Of a stretch of 64,000 nt of DNA, positions 56,850 to 64,000 are shown one piece after another. Position 1 is the stretch's first letter, and each line of letters starts with the position of its first letter. The DNA is taken from IMG/VR virus record IMGVR_UViG_3300042377_000625, positions 1-64,000 of that record, one strand, 5' to 3'. The notes under the pieces were generated by a model. It was not told where the DNA came from. It made no database searches and was given only the letters and a program-made list of their open reading frames with translations. The DNA comes from a virus. The translations under genes and the position numbers were made by a program.

Positions 56850-59800
56850 ATGGCAAGTCAAAATATAAATCAATACGTCCGCTCAAATTGGTCTCTAAAA
56901 CTTAATTTAGATTCCAATGATATGTCTTTGACCTCAGATGAACAAGACTACAATCAAGAGGTTGTTTTCTCCCCATATTTGATTGCACAAACATACGGAA
57001 ACCGACTTCCTGTTTATTTTGACATTAACAATCCTTTAAGTGTTCAAAACCAAACACTTTCATATAAACAATACAATAATAATAATATTTTTGTATCTCA
57101 AAATTATTACAATCCAAATAATGATGATTTGACTTGTTACTCATCATCAACATCATGTGATATTGGGTTAACAGGTGTTGACAACGGATTAGTCAACCAA
57201 ATGACGGGTGAAACGATAACATTCACTAAAGGTTTATATTCTGATTATTTAAAATTCAATAGAATGTATTACGACCGAAGATTAAAGTTACATCAAGTTA
57301 CAGGTCACACCAATTTACCTAACGTAAGATTTTCGGGGTTTAATAAAACCGTTTTATACGAAGTGGTTAGTAAATCAAGCCCTTTTGAGGGTAGATACCA
57401 CGAATTATATGGTGGTTTTTATCAAGGGTTTTATAAATTATTTGGTTTTGATTATGAGATTTTTCCTGAAAGAATGAATAAAGGATGGTCCGTTGAAATG
57501 GTTTTGAAACCAAGACTTATCAATGAGTATTCTCCATTACCTAATGAAACAACTCTTAATGAAATTTATCCAAACAATAAGAATACTTTTTTTTATTTTG
57601 GAACTAGAGCTGAAAATAAATTTTATCACCACGCCAGTGGTAGTCCATTGTGTTTTTCGGGGTACAATCGAGTAACATCAGGTCTAACTCAACTACAAAC
57701 ATGTGCTTGTTGTAATAGAACAATTACGGATAGTAGATGTGTATTTGTTTATCCGCCAAGGTCAGTAAATAATATTCATGACCCTCACGTTAATTATGGG
57801 TGTAGTAGTTGTAATGGAGACCCAGAAAAGAAAATTACTTGTGGTTGTGATTGTAATTTAGACCCTTGTGAAACTTGTGGGTGGGAATGTCAAACACACA
57901 TATGCGACACTATAATTATCCCAACACCAACACCAACACCCCCTCCAACGCCAATACCTGATTGTGAACTACCACCTGTTTGCACACCATCATGTGATGT
58001 TTGTACAACAACCACAACTTGTTATAACTGTAATACAGGATTTACATCAATCGAAAATACTTGTGAAACAAATCCAATATATGATTCTATGTCAAACGCA
58101 TTATCTTTTAGATTATGTGGTGACCCAAAAAATCCTGGTATCGGAGTTAGAATGTTAAAATTCACAGGAGACTGTGTTACTACGGGTTCTTGTGAAACAA
58201 GTGGAATTACGTACACTACAGGACACACTATTGTTGATTATTGTACACCCCCAATTTACCCTACATGTTTATTAGAGAATCCCGCGTGGTTAGAGGAGGA
58301 ACATTGGTTTCAAGTAGATGCGGTATGGGAAAGATATACATGGTTAGATACGTGTGATTTATGGTATCGAGGAGGACTTGGTGATATAACTGAAAAACTT
58401 TATTTAGAATCATTAGCAAATAATGCAACATCATTAATTACAATACCATACACTCAAATTGGTGGTAAAACATCAGAACAAATTGAGTTGGTTAGATTAA
58501 ATGAAAAATGGTTAATTGATAAATTATATCGAAATGGGAGACTTAAGATTTACGTTAATGGTAAATTATTTCATACAATTGAAAATTTTGAGGAGATTAT
58601 CCCAAGAGGGTTAGATACCGACAAAGAAAAACAAGTTGGTGTTCCATTTAATATATCGTGGGGTGGAGGTACCCAAGGACTTAGAGAAAATTTAACTTTT
58701 TCATCTATGACGCAACCTTACGGACCTTATATTCAAGACCCTGAAAATTTCCCAATTAATGATTTATCGGGGACAACATTTAATGGGTTAAAAACTAATA
58801 TATTAATTGAACAGAATTTTGCGGGAACTTTTGATGGTGCCATTTCACAATTTAGAATGTATGTTACCCCATTATCGGCTCCTGAGGTAAAACACAACTT
58901 TAATTTATTAAAAAATACTTTCAGAATGTTTAACCCTGATTGTCCTGACTGCTCGACATCGGTTTGTTTACCTAACGACTTTACATACCAAATATCTGGA
59001 GAAACAACAACAACCACCACCACAAATTTAACCACAACGACAACAACAACCTCAAATTTAACGACAACAACTACAACCTCAAATTTAACAACAACAACTA
59101 CAACCTCAAATTTAACAACAACTACAACCACATATTCACCGACCCCAACACCAACTAACACCCCAACACCAACACCGACTAACACTTCAACACCAACTTC
59201 AACACCAACTTCAACACCAACACCTACACCTACACCTACACCTACGGTTTATACACCTGGAGAGTGTATTCGTTTTATTGATGATTTAACGGATTGTACT
59301 GGTACAATTGCATTACCATCAAATATAAGTCCTTCAACTCAGATTAATGGTAAATCATCATATTATTTCACTTATTACTCTATCGCCCCACCCACCGTAT
59401 TAATGAGGATTTCTTGGGATAATATAAATAATTATTGGATTTTAGAGGATATGTCCACATATTATCCATTACCTAACCCACTCGCATATCTTCCTATAAA
59501 TAGTCTTACACCAATTGGGGGAATGAATAATTGGGTACCACTACCAAATATTATAGGTAGTTGTCTATATGGAGGCGGTGCAGGAATACAGCATATAAAT
59601 TTTCTGACGTATACGGTTATTGGAGATTGTTCATCTTGTTGCAAAACATTCCAATTATATAGTGGATTTGGACCTGGAACTGGTTCAACGTATCAAATTT
59701 TATATTGTGATAATACTGTCGAAGTTATTGATGTACCATTATATGTTACCATAACTTATAAATGTGCCATCAATGTAATTAAACTTAATGGTGGAGGAAC

Positions 59801-59855
59801 TGTAACAGTTGTTGATATCAATTGTGATTGTGACCCAAATAATTTAAGTATATGA
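56850..59855 (+). CDS. large virion protein with LamG/ConA-like segments, Cys-rich inserts and a Thr/Pro mucin-like linker
   Basis: GRLKIYVNG and [15 protein letters not shown]; (TTTTTSNL)n and (PT)n tracts. Confidence 0.7.
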   Translation: MASQNINQYVRSNWSLKLNLDSNDMSLTSDEQDYNQEVVFSPYLIAQTYGNRLPVYFDINNPLSVQNQTLSYKQYNNNNIFVSQNYYNPNNDDLTCYSSSTSCDIGLTGVDNGLVNQMTGETITFTKGLYSDYLKFNRMYYDRRLKLHQVTGHTNLPNVRFSGFNKTVLYEVVSKSSPFEGRYHELYGGFYQGFYKLFGFDYEIFPERMNKGWSVEMVLKPRLINEYSPLPNETTLNEIYPNNKNTFFYFGTRAENKFYHHASGSPLCFSGYNRVTSGLTQLQTCACCNRTITDSRCVFVYPPRSVNNIHDPHVNYGCSSCNGDPEKKITCGCDCNLDPCETCGWECQTHICDTIIIPTPTPTPPPTPIPDCELPPVCTPSCDVCTTTTTCYNCNTGFTSIENTCETNPIYDSMSNALSFRLCGDPKNPGIGVRMLKFTGDCVTTGSCETSGITYTTGHTIVDYCTPPIYPTCLLENPAWLEEEHWFQVDAVWERYTWLDTCDLWYRGGLGDITEKLYLESLANNATSLITIPYTQIGGKTSEQIELVRLNEKWLIDKLYRNGRLKIYVNGKLFHTIENFEEIIPRGLDTDKEKQVGVPFNISWGGGTQGLRENLTFSSMTQPYGPYIQDPENFPINDLSGTTFNGLKTNILIEQNFAGTFDGAISQFRMYVTPLSAPEVKHNFNLLKNTFRMFNPDCPDCSTSVCLPNDFTYQISGETTTTTTTNLTTTTTTTSNLTTTTTTSNLTTTTTTSNLTTTTTTYSPTPTPTNTPTPTPTNTSTPTSTPTSTPTPTPTPTPTVYTPGECIRFIDDLTDCTGTIALPSNISPSTQINGKSSYYFTYYSIAPPTVLMRISWDNINNYWILEDMSTYYPLPNPLAYLPINSLTPIGGMNNWVPLPNIIGSCLYGGGAGIQHINFLTYTVIGDCSSCCKTFQLYSGFGPGTGSTYQILYCDNTVEVIDVPLYVTITYKCAINVIKLNGGGTVTVVDINCDCDPNNLSI
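59003..59244 (+). repeat. in-frame Thr-rich and Pro-Thr tandem repeats
   Basis: ACAACA...TCAAATTTA units, then CCAACA units. Confidence 0.85.
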
Positions 59856-60349
59856 ATGAAACAATTGTAATATCTAGTATCAATTATAATGGTCAAATTG
59901 CTAATGTTGTTTTTAAACCTGACAACAGTATGGACGCTATTAATTTAGGTGATGTATTATTACCTTTTTTATTTGAACCTAACTTATTAACTCCCCCAAG
60001 AGAGGTTTATGGTGTTTATACTATATTAGTTATTAATTCTGACTGCCCTAACTTCTTAACTGTTGTTAGACCAATTCCATCACCAACACCTACACCAACA
60101 CCTACAAGTACCCCAACTCCTATTCCTACAAGTACGCCAACACCAACACCAACAGACACTCCTTGCCCCCCACAACCAACTAAAACGCCTAAACCAACCA
60201 AAACACCAACTCCAACACTACACCCAACACCAACCCCTACTTTTGACCCTTGCGCCACCCCAACACCAACCCCAAAACCAACTCGTGCTCCAAGACCAAC
60301 ACCAACATTAACTCGCACCCCTTGTGTAACACCAACAATTGGTTTATAA
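59852..60349 (+). CDS. virion protein with (PT)n tail
   Basis: C-terminal half is PT-rich. Confidence 0.7.
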   Translation: MNETIVISSINYNGQIANVVFKPDNSMDAINLGDVLLPFLFEPNLLTPPREVYGVYTILVINSDCPNFLTVVRPIPSPTPTPTPTSTPTPIPTSTPTPTPTDTPCPPQPTKTPKPTKTPTPTLHPTPTPTFDPCATPTPTPKPTRAPRPTPTLTRTPCVTPTIGL

Positions 60350-60406
60350 TATTAAGTTTAAGAATAAAATAAAAATAAAAGATATTTATTAAATAAAAAA
60401 AAAACT

Positions 60407-61441
60407 ATGTCAACATCAAGACCATTTGCATATAATCCAACATTATCACTAATCAATGGGGCTATCCGAGTATTTAATAGTACATTAACTATTGGGGTTG
60501 ACGACCAAGACTACACATTACAACCAGGTGGAATTCAATGGTGGAACGGACCCGATGAAGACCTTGGGTATGTAATCGCTCACTCAGTTCCAACAGGAAC
60601 ACAACCAAATCCGTTAGGGATTTCTGCGTATGTAGGATTTTGGAGGTCGTTGTCGTTAAATGAAATTTCATTTGTTGAAAAGGCGGGATTTGTTAGTAGT
60701 AAAACTTACACAACAGGTGACGAGGCGTATATTTGGATGAACGGTTTTGGACATTGGTCTTCTTGGGAAGTAAATCCAGGTTCGTTAATATTTCCAAATA
60801 GTTCTAATACGGCAAGGATTATTCCTACTCATATTGGTACAGTTAATGAATTCTTTACAATTGAATTTTGGTATTTTGGAAATCCAGTATCAACAGGTAG
60901 TAACCAATACATATTTAGTCAAAGTGCTTCATTTGGTGGTGGTGATTTAAATTTATATATTGACCCATCAGATAGTTGTCTTCACGGATTATCCACTGGT
61001 AATGCGATATCTCTACCATTGTCAACAAATGTTTGGCAACACATTGCAATTACATGTGACAATGGTCAAGTTAAAGTCTATTTTGATGGTAATGACAAAA
61101 CTGCCGTTGGAATACCTAACACTCTGATTAGTAACACTATTGGTTTAATTTATTTTGGCTCTTTACTATCGAGTAGTAATTTTTTAGATGCGAAACTTAC
61201 TGATATAAGGATATGTAGAAATATTGTATATACAAGTGGGTTTACAACCCCCAAAAGTTCATTATTACCAATACAAGGTGCAAATCCTTACGGAGGTGCG
61301 TCCACTAATCAAATTAATGATGGTGACTGTGTTCTTTTAATTGACTCATTAAATTCACCCTCTTTTCAACAAGACCTTAGTAATTTAGGTAGTACCGTTA
61401 TTGTTGGGGCAATAACACGTAGTTCTGACACTCCTTATTAA
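60407..61441 (+). CDS. LamG/concanavalin-like domain virion protein
   Basis: FTIEFW...WQHIAIT...KVYFDG...LTDIRI...YTSGFT. Confidence 0.75.
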   Translation: MSTSRPFAYNPTLSLINGAIRVFNSTLTIGVDDQDYTLQPGGIQWWNGPDEDLGYVIAHSVPTGTQPNPLGISAYVGFWRSLSLNEISFVEKAGFVSSKTYTTGDEAYIWMNGFGHWSSWEVNPGSLIFPNSSNTARIIPTHIGTVNEFFTIEFWYFGNPVSTGSNQYIFSQSASFGGGDLNLYIDPSDSCLHGLSTGNAISLPLSTNVWQHIAITCDNGQVKVYFDGNDKTAVGIPNTLISNTIGLIYFGSLLSSSNFLDAKLTDIRICRNIVYTSGFTTPKSSLLPIQGANPYGGASTNQINDGDCVLLIDSLNSPSFQQDLSNLGSTVIVGAITRSSDTPY

Positions 61442-61532
61442 TAACTATAAAAACATAAATAAAGTCCTCCAACCCTTGGGGGATTTTTTGTTTTAAAAAA
61501 GAGTTAAAGTAAATACTAACTATTTATTCAAT

Positions 61533-61835
61533 ATGACACAAATTGAGATTACTGGAGTTTCTGGAGTTACATTACCGTATGATTTATATGCGTGTGATGT
61601 GTATGGGAATCAATGTGTTTTAATTTCAACTATTAACACTCAAGTACCTCCATCAATATCTATTGTACTACCAACCACATTCAATTCAGCCCCCGCCGTT
61701 GGAATAAAAATCATAGACTCTTTGGGGTGCGAAAAGTTCGGAATAATTTATTGTGACGAGAAAGGTAAGATTTATCAAGACGGAGAAATCTTTATTTTCA
61801 TGGATGCAAATATTTATATATTCGAAGACCAATAA
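61533..61835 (+). CDS. hypothetical virion protein
   Basis: 100 aa; TATTTAT 5 nt upstream. Confidence 0.65.
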   Translation: MTQIEITGVSGVTLPYDLYACDVYGNQCVLISTINTQVPPSISIVLPTTFNSAPAVGIKIIDSLGCEKFGIIYCDEKGKIYQDGEIFIFMDANIYIFEDQ

Positions 61836-61882
61836 AAACCAAATTATGAAAAGATTCATATTTATACATATAGACTAAAAAG

Positions 61883-64000
61883 ATGCCGAATTATCAAAGA
61901 CTGACCGACAGAACCCAAGCTCCGATAGTATCTCCAGATGACATTGTACACATTGTCATTACGGGTGATACATCACAAAACCCCGCAGGTTCATCATATA
62001 AAGCAAGTATCCAACAAATTGCGGATGCTCTATCCCTTGCTGGTACTTCAGGTACTGCAGGAACAAGTGGTGTTAATGGTTCATCAGGAACAAGTGGTGT
62101 TAATGGTTCGTCAGGTTCAAGTGGTCAAAATGGTACTTCAGGTTTAAGTGGTTCTTCAGGAAGTAGTGGAACATCAGGAAGTAGCGGTTCTTCGGGTAGT
62201 TCAGGAACTAAAGGAACATCAGGTTCAAGTGGTACTTCAGGAATATCAGGTTCTAGTGGAACAAGTGGTTCATCAGGAAGTTCAGGTTCAAGTGGTTCAT
62301 CAGGAAGTTCAGGTTCAAGTGGTTCTTCTGGTAGTAGTGGTTCTTCAGGAACTAACGGTTCTTCAGGAACTAACGGTTCTTCAGGAACTAACGGTTCATC
62401 GGGTTCATCGGGTTCTTCGGGTGAAAGTGGTTCATCAGGAACATCGGGTACGTCAGGTAGTAGTGGTTCTTCTGGTAGTAGTGGTTCTTCAGGAACTAAC
62501 GGCTCTTCAGGGACTAACGGCTCTTCAGGGACTAACGGCTCTTCAGGGACTAGTGGAAGTTCGGGTACTGATGGTTCATCAGGTACTTCAGGTACTGATG
62601 GTAGTTCAGGAACAAGTGGGACTGACGGTTCTTCAGGAACGTCAGGTTCTTCAGGAACAAGTGGGATTGACGGTTCTTCAGGAACTTCAGGAACTGACGG
62701 TAGTTCGGGAACTTCAGGTGCTGATGGTTCTTCGGGAACTTCAGGGTCTAGTGGTATAAGTGGTGTTAATGGTTCTTCAGGGACTTCAGGTATTAGTGGG
62801 ACCGATGGTAGTTCAGGTACGTCAGGAAATAGTGGGTCTTCAGGAACATCAGGAACAGATGGTTCTTCAGGAACATCGGGCTCAAGCGGAACAAGTGGTA
62901 CCAATGGTAGTTCAGGTACAAGTGGAACTGACGGTAGTTCAGGTACAAGTGGAACTGACGGTAGTTCAGGAACTAGTGGTATTGACGGTTCTTCAGGAAC
63001 AAGCGGTACTGACGGTAGTTCAGGAACAGATGGTTCATCAGGAACTAGTGGAACAGATGGTTCTTCAGGAACATCGGGCTCAAGTGGTACAGATGGTAGT
63101 TCAGGTACAAGCGGAACTGACGGTAGTTCAGGAACTTCAGGAACAGATGGTTCATCAGGAACTAGCGGAAGTTCAGGAACAGATGGTTCATCAGGAACAA
63201 GTGGAACTGACGGAAGTTCAGGCACTTCGGGTTCAAGCGGATTAAGTGGTGTTGATGGTTCTTCAGGAACAAGTGGAACTGACGGTAGTTCAGGAACAGA
63301 TGGTTCATCAGGAACTAGCGGAACTGACGGTAGTTCAGGAACAAGCGGAAGTTCAGGAACAGATGGTTCTTCAGGAACAAGTGGAACGGATGGTTCTTCA
63401 GGGACTAGCGGTTCTTCAGGAACAAGTGGGAGTTCAGGTACTTCAGGAACTGATGGTTCTTCAGGAACAAGTGGAACTGACGGTAGTTCAGGAACAAGTG
63501 GTACCGATGGTTCAAGTGGTACCTCGGGTTCAAGTGGAATTAGTGGTGTTAACGGAACTAATGGTACGTCAGGTTCTTCAGGAACAAGCGGAACAGATGG
63601 TTCATCAGGGACAAGCGGTAGTTCAGGAACAGATGGTTCATCAGGAACTAGTGGTACTAACGGTTCTTCAGGAACTAGCGGAACAGATGGTTCATCAGGA
63701 ACAAGTGGAACTAGCGGAACAGATGGGTCATCGGGAACAAGTGGAACATCAGGTTCAAGTGGATTAAGTGGTGTTGACGGTTCTTCAGGAACAAGCGGAA
63801 CAGACGGTTCTTCAGGAACTAGCGGTACTGATGGTTCTTCAGGAACAAGCGGAACTGATGGTTCTTCAGGTACTAGTGGAACAAGCGGAACAGATGGTTC
63901 TTCAGGAACAAGTGGAACATCAGGTTCAAGTGGATTAAGTGGTGTTGATGGTTCTTCAGGTACTTCAGGAACAGATGGTTCTTCAGGAACAAGTGGAAGT
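61883..64000 (+). CDS. collagen-like (Gly-X-Y)n Ser/Thr-rich fibre protein, 3'-truncated and absent from the ORF track
   Basis: ATG 61883 MPNYQRLTDRTQAP...ALSLA, then continuous GTS/GSS/GTD triplets; no stop seen before the window end. TATTTAT at 61859. Confidence 0.85.
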   Translation, partial: MPNYQRLTDRTQAPIVSPDDIVHIVITGDTSQNPAGSSYKASIQQIADALSLAGTSGTAGTSGVNGSSGTSGVNGSSGSSGQNGTSGLSGSSGSSGTSGSSGSSGSSGTKGTSGSSGTSGISGSSGTSGSSGSSGSSGSSGSSGSSGSSGSSGSSGTNGSSGTNGSSGTNGSSGSSGSSGESGSSGTSGTSGSSGSSGSSGSSGTNGSSGTNGSSGTNGSSGTSGSSGTDGSSGTSGTDGSSGTSGTDGSSGTSGSSGTSGIDGSSGTSGTDGSSGTSGADGSSGTSGSSGISGVNGSSGTSGISGTDGSSGTSGNSGSSGTSGTDGSSGTSGSSGTSGTNGSSGTSGTDGSSGTSGTDGSSGTSGIDGSSGTSGTDGSSGTDGSSGTSGTDGSSGTSGSSGTDGSSGTSGTDGSSGTSGTDGSSGTSGSSGTDGSSGTSGTDGSSGTSGSSGLSGVDGSSGTSGTDGSSGTDGSSGTSGTDGSSGTSGSSGTDGSSGTSGTDGSSGTSGSSGTSGSSGTSGTDGSSGTSGTDGSSGTSGTDGSSGTSGSSGISGVNGTNGTSGSSGTSGTDGSSGTSGSSGTDGSSGTSGTNGSSGTSGTDGSSGTSGTSGTDGSSGTSGTSGSSGLSGVDGSSGTSGTDGSSGTSGTDGSSGTSGTDGSSGTSGTSGTDGSSGTSGTSGSSGLSGVDGSSGTSGTDGSSGTSGS
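62042..64000 (+). repeat. 9-bp periodic repeat (GGN WSN/ACN NNN)
   Basis: Roughly 215 Gly-X-Y triplets. Confidence 0.9.

Noticed and set aside
61938-63767. VLQEQV-type and VPEEP-type ORFs in the track
   Set aside because: Off-frame and antisense readings of the 9-bp Gly-X-Y repeat; the real frame starts at 61883.
1-64000. Stop-codon reassignment (alternative genetic code)
   Set aside because: Core genes translate full length with code 11 and coding density is high.

Overview
This AT-rich window is part of a large T4-like (myovirus-type) phage genome. The host is inferred to be a Bacteroidota bacterium, from many TTTG-N19/20-TAnnTTTG promoters, the absence of Shine-Dalgarno sites, a DUF4494-like gene and a bS21 gene. 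From left to right it contains: (1) an RNA-repair/early cluster with a cyclic-phosphate receiver domain, a metallophosphoesterase and two RNA ligases; (2) a putative lysis/peptidoglycan-hydrolase module; (3) a 2.2-kb non-coding island with tandem promoters, an rrn-like boxB/boxA leader, a GOLLD-like giant RNA, a second unassigned structured RNA and a convergent tmRNA with a long tag; (4) a peptidase and an N-domain-less ClpC; (5) the head module (terminase, portal, bS21 on the opposite strand, prohead protease, scaffold, major capsid), flanked by probable head-cargo proteins carrying annexin-like, OmpA-like, M23 and nucleotidyltransferase domains; (6) methylglyoxal synthase, baseplate genes and a gp55-like sigma factor; (7) a glycosylation island with an anthrose/viosamine-type amino-sugar acylation set; and (8) Ser/Thr/Pro-rich and (Gly-X-Y)n fibre genes running off the right end. 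The best leads are the ncRNA island, a small RNA whose repeated loop motif AACGAUUYAGAUAC also occurs in the GOLLD leader, a gene whose predicted mRNA ends are complementary, and a possible virion-glycosylation system. All calls come from reading motifs by eye; no database searches were run.
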